Shown here: one piece after another, positions 1-10,104 of the stretch
Position numbering within the stretch: the first letter of the stretch is position 1
How the letters are laid out: the number at the start of each line of letters is the position of its first letter
DNA from: Amoeboradix gromovi X-113
Lineage: Eukaryota > Fungi > Sanchytriomycota
Assembly (NCBI GenBank): GCA_018985225.1
Contig: JADGIF010000033.1
Coordinates: 1-31,639 of the forward strand
Direction of reading: 5' to 3'
Length of the DNA stretch: 31,639 bases
Notes under the pieces: generated by a model
Database searches by the model: none
What the model was told of the DNA's origin: nothing
Seen by the model: the letters and a program-made list of their open reading frames with translations, nothing else
Translations under genes and position numbers: made by a program

Positions 1-171
1 CAATGCTTATTTGGCTACCCATGAAGAATGAATTTCATAGTATAGAGTCTCAATAGGCTACCATTATGAGACAGTCTCTCAGCGATTGGTGTTTCCTAAA
101 TTCTGATTTCAGACAGTTGAGGGGCTGCGTCTGTTAACAGAATCACAATCTCCTTGAAGTAGTTCATTTTT

Positions 172-714
172 ATGATTAGCAAAACATCGTTAACTCAATC
201 CAATTCCCCATTCTGGCCAAACGAAGGATGGCTTACAAGAGAACTTCCTCAAGAGGAAGGTGTCAGCGATGCATGCTATGACGCTGCTTCAACTTTTATT
301 AGTTGTACTTTAGACGAAGACTTGCCAGTGAATGCGAGTACTACAGCTTACACTGGGCTATGTAAGAGCTGTTCTGATCAGTATAAACTCTTTGCATCTA
401 GTTGCAAAGATGATGATTATAAGAATGGTAGCCCTATCATGTTATCCTCCTATTTAGCATGCCATAAGGAAGATGACAAGTGGTGCGCGTCTACTATTTT
501 AGACAAATTCGAATGTGACTCTTGTGGAAAGTATGTTGCCCAGAAATATGTTGATACTAACAATACTGGCATTATTAGAGAATCGAATATTACGGCGGTA
601 ACTGATTGCAACTCGAAAGCAAATTCTGACAACAAGACTGCGTTGAATAAACAGCAGAGCGGATCCAAGAGCTTGTTCAACATCGTCGGATTAACTATAT
701 TGACTTTTTATTAA
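172..714 (+). CDS. Cys-rich (10 Cys) putative GPI/tail-anchored surface protein, paralog 1
   Basis: 180-aa ORF; its Cys pattern (C..F.SC...C.SC..QY...C.DDDY...L.CHKE.D..C...C..C.KY...C) is shared with 1627..2112; hydrophobic C-terminus (LFNIVGLTILTFY) preceded by small residues. No clear signal peptide. Confidence 0.7.
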   Translation: MISKTSLTQSNSPFWPNEGWLTRELPQEEGVSDACYDAASTFISCTLDEDLPVNASTTAYTGLCKSCSDQYKLFASSCKDDDYKNGSPIMLSSYLACHKEDDKWCASTILDKFECDSCGKYVAQKYVDTNNTGIIRESNITAVTDCNSKANSDNKTALNKQQSGSKSLFNIVGLTILTFY

Positions 715-1626
715 ATTATCATAGATTAATTTTGTTTTACTCTACCATTTTTCTTGCTAACTTCTAATTTGTTCTTACCGTGGTCACCAAATTGCTGGAA
801 ATAACTCGAGATTATTATCTCATTTTCCATCTTTTGTTTTGCTATATAAATTCATTTTAATATCATTAAAAATCGTAGTTTCGTAAAAAATCAAGAATCA
901 CTAAATAGAAAAATACAATATCAGTCGCTCAGGTGCAGTATTTTATCACGCTTCCACTTTGAAGAAAGAACAAGAACTCATAAATCTGCTTTCTTAATTA
1001 GGATAATGACACACTTAAGAGAATGCTTTTTAGGTGTCGGATAAGTTGAGTAACGTTAACTGCGTTCATCTGTGAAAACTCAAGTTAATCAGTAAAAGAG
1101 CAATGGATTCTAATTGAATAATTCATATATCGTCATAACATGAGCCTTATCACTCCATTGGGTCACCTTTCTAAAATACTCTAATTCTTCATTTTTAGCA
1201 AATAGTGGGAAAGAGATTGCTGGAAAATGATGACGAATCTAAACGTGGACAGGATGTGGTACTCTGAGGAAGACTAATTTGGATACATTAGCATGTGCAC
1301 CTGTCATTTTTAAGCAGATAGAGACCACGTGAAAACAAGGAATATTTACTCGAAGACTTTGTGCCAATTCAATGCTATCTTGGTGTTCGAATAATTTAAT
1401 TCCTGGTATAAGGAATCTGCTGACTTTCTCAGTTTCTGTGTCCAAGTTTTTGATATTTTAGGAAAATTCGCAAAACATTCAATTTTATTTCTTTAAAGTC
1501 AAAAGCTGTCTCTACTACGAGGTTTGAGGTATCACTCTGATTTGATAGCTTGTCTGCAGAAATTATAAATTAAGACAATTTGATTGGGCAATATATTGTC
1601 AAAAGGCCCCACGAGTTAACTGCCTA

Positions 1627-2112
1627 ATGAGCACTCTAAATTCTACTGCATCAAATTTTACCAATACCGATAATAGTACTTCCTCATTCAACAGCTCGTC
1701 AATTCAAGGTTTAAACATGACTTCAATCATATGTCAAACTACTGTTACAGCGTTTATGGCATGCGCAGAGAACGTCCCCTCTGGAAACAGTACTTATCAA
1801 GAAACATGTGACAATTGCACTAGCCAGTACAATGATTTGGTGGCGCAGTGTAATGATGATGATTATGAGAAGAGCTCATTCTTATTGGGGCTATCATTAA
1901 ACTGCCACAAAGAAAACGATCAATATTGCCAAGGTACAGAAGAGGAATCATGTGGCCCTTGTAGGAAATATACCAGCGAAAGGATATATACTACTGGTCA
2001 CATTGATAGCTTAGAAGGTGATAACAAAATGAAGGTAATGCAATGTGCTAATGGTAGCGGTAGCATTAGAGCCGTGGTCATTGTAGGTTTGTCATTATTA
2101 AGTTTAGTTTAG
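1627..2112 (+). CDS. Cys-rich (10 Cys) putative GPI/tail-anchored surface protein, paralog 2
   Basis: 161-aa ORF; N-terminus rich in N-x-S/T; same 10-Cys spacing and DDDY/CHKE motifs as 172..714; C-terminal NGSGS followed by a hydrophobic tail. Confidence 0.75.
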   Translation: MSTLNSTASNFTNTDNSTSSFNSSSIQGLNMTSIICQTTVTAFMACAENVPSGNSTYQETCDNCTSQYNDLVAQCNDDDYEKSSFLLGLSLNCHKENDQYCQGTEEESCGPCRKYTSERIYTTGHIDSLEGDNKMKVMQCANGSGSIRAVVIVGLSLLSLV

Positions 2113-2558
2113 ATTCAATAAATATATATTTTTATAGTTTTTCACGGTAATGACTCATTTTAAAACCTAACTAATTTTATGGCTGCCCGATATTCCATTG
2201 CCTGAAGTTTTAGTTAAGACAGCTCCCATCATATTATTTGTTCCAACTTGGTATTTCGTTATATGATCACAGCTATTCATTGAATTGAAGAATTGTTTCT
2301 TTTTGTGCAATATTAAGCAGAGGACAGTCAAAAATGCTGGTCAAGGGCGCAAATTCGGCTTTGCAAACCATGTTCATTATCTGACGGATTCCCAAGTTAC
2401 ATAGCTCTGTAGCGTCCAAAATTTATTATTTTAAACTGTAGCACCTTTTCATTTAGACACTTGGTCTATGTATGTTACCTTACCTGCTAAACAACTGGAA
2501 CACATAGTTAAATAACCTAATTTTCAGACTTGGTCTAGTTTTCTATTTGATCTCTCCA

Positions 2559-3086
2559 ATGTTTTGGCTTGCCGTGGTTTTCCTACCAGTTGCTTTAATA
2601 TTCACATTGTTGATATATGCATCATTAATTTATTTCAAAAAAAAGACTCTTCCTTTCGAATTTGATGAAGTCCCTATTCCTCTGAACCGTCAGTTAATTC
2701 ATTCCACCGCCGTACAGTCCAAGGAAACTAGAAAGCAAGAACAGAAGGAAATGTACAGGGAATTTAAAAAGAAGCAGGAAACCTACCATCAGCGTCAAGA
2801 ATACATTCGTAGCGAGAAGGCGAAGCAGGATAGCAAAATTACAAAATTTGATAAAACTTGGTTCAAGAATACCAGTATCACACAGAAATTTATCGATATA
2901 GAATTAGAGCTGAAGTGCGATTCCTCTGTTTTACTAGAGTATTTAAAATCTAAAGAGCTGGTGCACATAGGTGAACTAGAAGTGCTATTTTTTTACCATA
3001 AACAAGAACTAGTAGCTCAAATTGATCATTGGATCAGCGTTGGTACCTTAGCCTTGAGACGAGAGGGCGATTTGATATTACTTTGA
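2559..3086 (+). CDS. DDRGK1/UFBP1-like ER membrane protein (divergent)
   Basis: First ATG at 2559; N-terminal TM helix, charged coiled-coil, and a C-terminal segment (LLEYLKSKELVHIGELEVLF...LVAQIDHWISVGTL) resembling the DDRGK1 winged-helix domain. The DDRGK motif itself is degenerate (RREGD). Confidence 0.5.
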   Translation: MFWLAVVFLPVALIFTLLIYASLIYFKKKTLPFEFDEVPIPLNRQLIHSTAVQSKETRKQEQKEMYREFKKKQETYHQRQEYIRSEKAKQDSKITKFDKTWFKNTSITQKFIDIELELKCDSSVLLEYLKSKELVHIGELEVLFFYHKQELVAQIDHWISVGTLALRREGDLILL

Positions 3087-3088
3087 GT

Positions 3089-4304
3089 TCAAACAATAAA
3101 TTTACTTAACTGTTGTAGTTTCTCAATGGCTCTTGCAATTATTTCAGAATCCTTACAAAAACAAAGTCTGATATAGTTTTCACCAATATGAGCATGTTCC
3201 GCCAAATAAAATGAGCTTGGAGGTATGCATGCTACCCCTATTTTTGTTGTCATCCAGTAACACATCAACCAGTCTCTTCCTCGCTGTTTAATCTCTTCGG
3301 GGATTTCTTCTTTATGCTCTAGTGGTATTTCTATATTTCGAGTATCAACCAACAAAAAGTAAGAGCCCTGTGGAATTGTGCATTTAAGATTTAAGCCCTG
3401 TATGCATTTCAATAGCAAATCTCTCTTATTTCTGTAATTATCTCTTTGGGACTGAAAGAAGTTATGGTTCAACTCGTCTTTGAATCCCTTCACGATTAAG
3501 TGTTGCAAAGGTTGATTAGGGCAGAAGACAATGCGAGTATGTGCCAGCAAAATCTAAATGAGTAGCGAATACATTGTGCAGGATTGAGGGTTTAGAAATA
3601 GCCCAGCCGATACGCCAGCCCGTAGCAGAAAACATTTTGCCTGCACTTCCAACTGTTACTGTATAGTCGTACATTCCCGGTAAATTGCAAAACGGTATAT
3701 GAGGTTGCTCATAAGTCAATTCCGAATATACCTCATCGCTAATGACAAGAATATTCTTCTCCTTCACAATATTTGACAATTGTATCATTTCATCGTAAGT
3801 GAATACCTTTCCCGTGGGATTGTGAGGAGTATTTAATATTATGATTCTAGTTTTGCTGGTAATAGTTTCAAGCAGCTTTTCATACGGAATAGTCCAGTCA
3901 GGTTCTTCCAGTGGAACTGCTTTGATGATACCACCTTGGAATGTAATATTCGGAAGGTATTGGTCAAAAAATGGCTCAAAAACAACAACTTCGTCTCCCG
4001 GGTTTATGTAGGCTGCTAAAGTAGCAAATATTGCTTCATTTGCACCAGAGGTTACGCACACATCGCCATTAATGCTAGATTTCTTGTAAAAGTCTAACAA
4101 CGCATTTTTGAGTGGCTGAATACCCGAAGGAGGAGAATACTGATGACCATTAATTGGCACAGTTTGCAAAATATATTCTGGTGGTGGACTAGATGGAAAT
4201 CCTTGACCTAGATTTACACAGTTCGGTGTTTTGTTTGCTAAAGGAGTGAAGACTGACCAGCAATCGATAAGTTCATTTGAAATTCTTCTAGCTGGTTGGA
4301 ACAT
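3089..4304 (-). CDS. BNA3: Class I PLP aminotransferase (kynurenine/glutamine transaminase-like), 2 exons: 4304-3573 and 3553-3089
   Basis: NLGQGFP, LNTPHNPTGKV, SDEVY and SAGKMFSATGWRIGW (PLP Lys) motifs, plus C-terminal IRLCFCK. The two ORFs join in frame (LHN|ILLAHTRIVF) once the 19-nt intron 3554-3572 is removed. Confidence 0.9.
3554..3572 (-). other. 19-nt spliceosomal intron GTATTCGCTACTCATTTAG
   Basis: GT..AG; its removal resolves the frameshift in the aminotransferase. Confidence 0.85.
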
Positions 4305-4464
4305 AAAACTGATGGAGACTTACTTGACACAGATTCTCGAGAGAAAGGCCCGGAGAGCTCCCTGTGATATTACGAAGAAAATTAAAACTTGTTCAGTCAA
4401 ATACTTTCATTCCTACTTATATTTGATAACTTATCCTTGTTTTTTTTAAAATTAAAAAATCACG

Positions 4465-5994
4465 ATGAGTAGATTTCATTGGTCCAATCCAGCATATTAT
4501 GATTTCACCCCAAAGAGTAACAAAGATTCCATTATGATACATTCCTCGAAAACTTGGCAAACTTATGAACTGGCTGATCCAATTTGGGAGAGCACAAAAA
4601 GCACCAAAACGATTGAATTTGAAAGCGATCCTAATCCCCGCAAGACCGGGTTATTATTAGTTGGTTTGTGTGGTAACAACGCATCTACGCTTATTGCTAG
4701 TATTTATTCCAACAAACACGATATTAGCTGGAAGACAAGGAATGGTGTGCAGCGTCCAAATTATTACGGCAGCGTCTTTTTGTCATCCACTACTCCCATT
4801 CCAACAGCTTCCGGTCATTCACATGTTGGGCTAAACAAGTTAATCCCGATGGTGCATCCAAACGATTTAGCTATTCATGGATGGGATGTTATCAATAAAG
4901 ACTTGTATACAGCTATTCAAGACAATCATGTTATGGAACCAGATTTAATAATGCAGTTGGAAGAACTGAAAGAACTAAAACCGATGCCAAGTGTGTTTTA
5001 TCCTGATTTCTATGCTCTTAATCAGCAAGAACGAGTTAACAACGTACTGCAATCCAGTTCTAAGCAAGCACATTTGCAACAGATTCGTAAAGATATCAAA
5101 GATTTTAAAGCTAAAAATAAATTAGACACGGTTGTAGTATTATGGACAGCGAGTACAGAGAGGTTTTCTGAAATTATTAAAGGTGTCAATGACACCAGCC
5201 ATAACCTGCTTGTTGCGATTGAGGAAAATCATCCGGAAATTGCCCCCAGTACCATTTTTGCTGTCGCTTCTATTTTGGAAGGCGCTATATTTATAAACGG
5301 ATCCCCTCAGAATACTTTAACTGACGCTGTGCTAGAATTAAGCAAATTGCATCAAACCCCAGTCGCTGGTTCAGATTTTAAAAGTGGTCAGACAAAGATG
5401 AAGAGCGTTTTGACAGAATTTCTTATTAATGCGGGAATAAAGCCTTTAGCTATAACTAGCTATAACCATCTAGGTAACAACGATGGATACAATTTAAGTC
5501 AGTATGAGCAGTTCAAAAGCAAGGAAATCTCAAAAAGCAATGTTGTAGACGATATGATTAGCAGTAATCCTCTACTTTACAAAGATAACGAGCACATTGA
5601 CCATGCGATAGTCATAAAGTACGTACCGGCTGTTGGTGATGTTAAGAGGGCCATGGATGAATACTACTCTGATATTTTCATGGGCGGTAAATCAATTATC
5701 ACCATTAATAACATCTGCGAAGACAGTTTATTGGCTGCACCGTTAATTATTGATTTAACAATTTATGCAGAACTTCTGGGAAGAATTAAATACAAAGATG
5801 AAGATGGCAAATACACACCAATCACAAGTTGCTTTGGAGGTTTACTTAGTTATATGCTGAAGGCGCCAACAGTAAGCAAGGGTGGGGTGATTAACTCATT
5901 AAATAAGCAAAGAAGAGGGATTGAAAACTTTATTAGAAGCCTGGTTAATATCAATGCTGTTGAGGATGTACCTATTGAATGGATCTTGCAATAA
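4465..5994 (+). CDS. INO1: Inositol-3-phosphate synthase
   Basis: GLCGNNAS, LWTASTER, NGSPQNT, DFKSGQTK, SYNHLGNNDG and CEDSLLAAP motifs; 509 aa. Confidence 0.97.
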   Translation: MSRFHWSNPAYYDFTPKSNKDSIMIHSSKTWQTYELADPIWESTKSTKTIEFESDPNPRKTGLLLVGLCGNNASTLIASIYSNKHDISWKTRNGVQRPNYYGSVFLSSTTPIPTASGHSHVGLNKLIPMVHPNDLAIHGWDVINKDLYTAIQDNHVMEPDLIMQLEELKELKPMPSVFYPDFYALNQQERVNNVLQSSSKQAHLQQIRKDIKDFKAKNKLDTVVVLWTASTERFSEIIKGVNDTSHNLLVAIEENHPEIAPSTIFAVASILEGAIFINGSPQNTLTDAVLELSKLHQTPVAGSDFKSGQTKMKSVLTEFLINAGIKPLAITSYNHLGNNDGYNLSQYEQFKSKEISKSNVVDDMISSNPLLYKDNEHIDHAIVIKYVPAVGDVKRAMDEYYSDIFMGGKSIITINNICEDSLLAAPLIIDLTIYAELLGRIKYKDEDGKYTPITSCFGGLLSYMLKAPTVSKGGVINSLNKQRRGIENFIRSLVNINAVEDVPIEWILQ

Positions 5995-6142
5995 ATAGGT
6001 AATTCATATACTTCGAAGTTTTGTTATTGCAAATTATCTGATGCGGAAAGAATACTTCTACAAGTGTCTTGCTAAATCTTAACATGATTGACATACATAA
6101 AGGGTTGCACCACGCTCCATCGCCTCCTCGTCAAAAGTCCTG

Positions 6143-6688
6143 ATTTCCGAGAAAATCGAGAATTTCCACAGAGAAACGAATGCTAGATGCTCCGTTACAG
6201 TGATTGTTCATGCTTTCAATACCCTGAGGCGGGATTGAATAAGGATGCGGATACTTGATGTATATGTTCCTTGCTGTCATATGGTCTCTCTCTATCTTCA
6301 AATGACAATTTGTACAGGTTCAGGTTTCTAAATTAGTTTTCATTAGAGTACCACACCTTGTACATGTCTGACTAGTAAATGATTCATTACATTCGATTAT
6401 AGTCCTTCCTCTTTGTTTGCACTTGAACTTCAAGCGTTCCTTGAATAAAATGTACAGATATCACTGCCCAGGCATTGAAAGACATCTAATTCTTCCATGT
6501 TTGGATCAGTTCCTCAACGTTGATCAATTTATACTCTACCTGCTAGTTATTTCTTTAGAATTGATTTACCATTTGCGAAAAGAATTTAGTATTTGAGCTA
6601 TTAGAAAAATCTGGAAAAGTCTTGAAATTATACAAAAATGCATACAGATTCGCGATAAATGATTTATTCAAGAAAACAATCTAGCTGT
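6143..6688 (-). mobile_element. IS607-like non-autonomous mini-element, copy A (TnpA-HTH remnant + Fanzor2/TnpB C-terminal remnant + structured tail)
   Basis: Colinear with 28977-29500. The minus strand reads STLRN*SKHGRIRCLSMPGQ*YLYILFKERLKFKCKQRGRTIIECNESFTSQTCTRCGTLMKTNLET*TCTNCHLKIERDHMTARNIYIK, with in-frame stops. Confidence 0.85.
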
Positions 6689-6728
6689 ATATCAACAGCA
6701 CTGAAAATTTCATAAACCAGGTATTTAC

Positions 6729-7639
6729 TTATAAATTTTTTAATACATGAGAGCTTGTAACTTCATTAACATTGGAGCCTTTCGGAATAAATACAATTTT
6801 TGTTCCTGATTCTTTACTCATAGTTGTTAAGGTTTCCAAAAATCTTATCTGCATTGCTGCTGGACTTCTTAAAATATCGCTCGCCTCTCGCATCAACTTT
6901 GCACTTTCAACCTCTGCACGAGCAGCTATAACTTTAGATTCTCCCTAAATTAATACTAAAATACAATTCTTCGCTGTTTTGCTGCACTTGACAATGCTGC
7001 CTCAAGCTCTTTTGAGAATGCAATGTCTTTGATCAAAATACTTGAGATTGTTGCTCCGAACGCTTTTGCAGCAGGCGCAACAATTTTCATGATTTCTTGA
7101 GCAATTACATCCCTGTTCTCAACACATTCCTGCATGTGCCTGCTACCAATAACGCTTCTAAGAGTCGTCTGTGTTCTTTCAATAATAGCAGTTCTGATGT
7201 CTCTGATCAAAAATGCAGCAACATATGGATCGGTGACTTGCCAATAGAGTACACTGTCAATGTTCACACCAACGTTATCTTTAGTCATAACATACTGTCT
7301 TGGTATATCTTCAACTTTGATTCTGATGTCAATGGCCAAGATCTTCTCAGTAGCCACGTTAATCGCATGCAGACCTGGATCTACGATTTTATAACACTTA
7401 CCAAAACGACTAATTAGCCCAACGTTACCTTGATTAACTTGCTTCATTGGGTTAGGGAAACAAATTGTCGTGCATGGAACTTGTCCAAAAAATCCTAAAC
7501 AATTACCAATAGTGTTCATCATTGATTCATAAAAACCGTAATTAGCTTGAGATACTGGTAGTAGCTGTTGATATGGCTTCTGGATCTTCTGTGGTGGTTT
7601 TGAAAATGCTTCTCGAAGTTCAATCCCAGTACTAGACAT
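6729..7639 (-). CDS. Stomatin/SPFH (band 7) family protein, 2 exons: 7639-6965 and 6944-6729
   Basis: SPFH motifs (TKDNV.V.IDSV, ERTQTTLR). After removing the 20-nt intron the frame continues RRI|GESKVIAARAEVESAKLMREASDIL...AMQIRFLE, the typical fungal stomatin C-terminus. Confidence 0.92.
6945..6964 (-). other. 20-nt spliceosomal intron GTATTTTAGTATTAATTTAG
   Basis: GT..AG; its removal restores the conserved stomatin C-terminus. Confidence 0.9.
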
Positions 7640-8050
7640 GTTTCACGGAATTGAGAATACTAGACGTGGGTCACATCTTGTGAAAAAATCCAAAGTACTA
7701 CTCTGGATTGCTCCCACGGGTCTGCCCTGCAGTAATACCTAAAGTACTCCTTAGATGCCCACCTTTCTCTTATTGATACTGAGCCAGGAACGCTTCTCTT
7801 GTATTTAGTTCACTCAGGAGACAATATCAATCTTTAGCCGTATTCAAATACGTGACAAGCGTAAAAGAGATAAGAACAACAGTTGTTTAATTTTTATGGT
7901 TTTGCCGCTTTAATTTAAATAAATGGCACTCGATTAGCTTCACTAAGCACTAGACATGGGGCGCCTGGTTATAGTCAGTAACATTTTCTGAAAATCTGTT
8001 ATATTAAAGTTAAATTAAACTAATACTGTGTTTACTTCAAATGCACATTG

Positions 8051-10104
8051 TTAGTCAAACAAGTTCCATCTGGTTTCCCCTGTTCTCTTGTTTGAATAGT
8101 ATAGGGTTCCATCAGGTTGCACCACCTTCACCCACTCATGATTATGCCCAAGATCAAAAACCGATACTTCAGACGCATAGGTGGGACGGCTAGCAATAGA
8201 TCCTATAATTGACATCACATCGCTCTCTTTCTCATCTATGACAGACAAACCCGCATCCAGTCCAAAGGAGAGCTGACTGGTCTCAAACATACTTTGAATC
8301 GATGGCCTTTCTCTCAGTGAGTTTGTAGATCTTTTAATTACTATTGCTCCCAAAGGATGCTCAAAGCTTTTTTCTCTGGTTTCTGAGTTTTCGTAGTAAA
8401 CGAGGCCGTTATTCAACTTAATCTCAGACCATCCATTGCCAAGATCCACGTTGGATATATACGCAGAATACTTGTCATTCTTGCCTGCAAGATCATGAAT
8501 TGAAACCTGATTCTCTTTCTTGTCTAAAACGTCTCCCATTTTTGCTAGCTGCTCTGTGATGTCCAGTTGAGAAGAGCTCTTGACAAGTTTAGATACTTTG
8601 GGCGCTTCTGTTAACACATCCTCAGTGTCCATGAGTATCGATAGTCGCCCTTTTGCTCGTGATATCGTACTCTTACCACTACTAATCTTTGAATTTCCTT
8701 GACTAAACATTGTGCGATTAGCTTCCAAAAATGACTCAATAGGCAAGTTTTTCGAAATTTTAATTGAAAGGTATTTATCAGGCTTAATCTGCTTACAAGC
8801 CGCTAACCATTTCTTTCTTTCCTCCTCATTTGAAAATACAATTACAAACTTTTCAGACTTCTGCGATCCTATCATAATAACTTCTGAATGCGAATCGTCT
8901 CTTTTGGAATTTATCCTATTAACTAGTTTTTCTGCCGGCCATTGCACTTGCATCTTTATTTTACTATTATTTTGTTCTTTGCAAATAAGTAATCTTCGAG
9001 AAGTCAGTACGATATACCTTATTTTTCTAACTTTTTCCGTTTCTATTTTGAGATGATTATCGAATAGGATTCGTTCTCCCTCTTTGAATTTAACCTACAT
9101 GAATTAAACATTACAGTTTCTTTTATCTTTGACTGAATCGAATGCTTTTTTTTGTCATCTGTTGAACTAATAGTGATCTCGTTTACCTTCGTTATAAACA
9201 ATAGAATAGTTTCAATTACTTCAAATATTGATTTGTTATTCGGCATGTTTTTTGCATATTCTTTTAGCATTAAAGGGTACCTGCACAGTCTTTGAATAGG
9301 TTTTATCAAAAAACTGTCCACAGGCTGCCCTTTTGCCTCTGAGGTTCTCCATAAATCAAAGAATTCCACATATTCGCTCTTGTATTTTAGGATACTCAAA
9401 ACTCTGGTTACTTCAGTAAAAGTGACTGCGTATTCTTTAAACAACTCAAATGACTCTGAGTCAATCTCGCCTAGACATTCAAGGTTCTTTCGCTCTTCTA
9501 ATAGTTTTATTAGAGACTCGCTAAACTCAATTAAGTTACGAACGAACAAATCTAAATCGTCATTCAAATTCTGATGAAGAAGATGTCTATTTCTTATTTC
9601 TCTCAAGTAAACTTGATCAAAAACTACTAAGTCTTGACAGTAACTTTTTTCTGTTCTCAAAAATTCTTCAAATACCATAGATTGTTGTGCGTTTTCTTCC
9701 TTTGGAACTTGTGAAAAATCCTCGAGTGGTTCATTTAAATTTAAAGTGATATTAGATGGTAATCTATCGATTCCCATCTCTAGTTTTTCTAGCCTTTCTA
9801 AAATTGCGTCCAAAACCGAACTCAAGTCTTGGAATTTATCATCCTCTTTTTTGACTTTCATAATCTTTTCGTCTAATATACTGAGAGGGTCTCCTTTCTT
9901 GCAGATACTGAACAAGGGAACTAACAATTCTTTTATGGTATATATACTAATCTGACTAGGCGATATGGTAAATCCTAATTCCTCGCATTTTGTGCTAAAA
10001 GCGCGAAGATTATACTGGTCAGTCAATGCTCCTTTAGATTTTAGGGGTTTGCACGATCTTGGCTTAAGCTCATTTAAAAACTCACATAGTGCTTCGCCCA
10101 ACAT
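8051..10104 (-). CDS. RhoGEF (partial CH-like - DH - PH - two WW domains), 2 exons: 10104-9115 and 9094-8051
   Basis: DH motifs EFLRTEKSYCQDL and SFLIKPIQRLCRYPLML; PH domain ending EEERKKWLAAC; two WW-like repeats (GWSEIKL..GLVYYENSETREKSFEHP; EWVKV...GTLYYSNKRTGETRW). The ORFs join in frame via a 20-nt intron. Confidence 0.88.
9095..9114 (-). other. 20-nt spliceosomal intron GTAATGTTTAATTCATGTAG
   Basis: GT..AG; its removal gives KET|VKFKEGERILF...MQVQW, joining DH to PH. Confidence 0.85.

Noticed and set aside
2150-2158. Perfect Gcn4/AP-1 site ATGACTCAT
   Set aside because: Single short motif with no relevant adjacent target; plausible by chance.
6143-6688. Alternative genetic code explaining the in-frame TGA/TAG codons
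   Set aside because: The stops correspond to different sense codons in copy B (TAC, TCA, TGG, AGA, TGC), and host genes terminate normally with TAA/TAG/TGA; this is simple decay.
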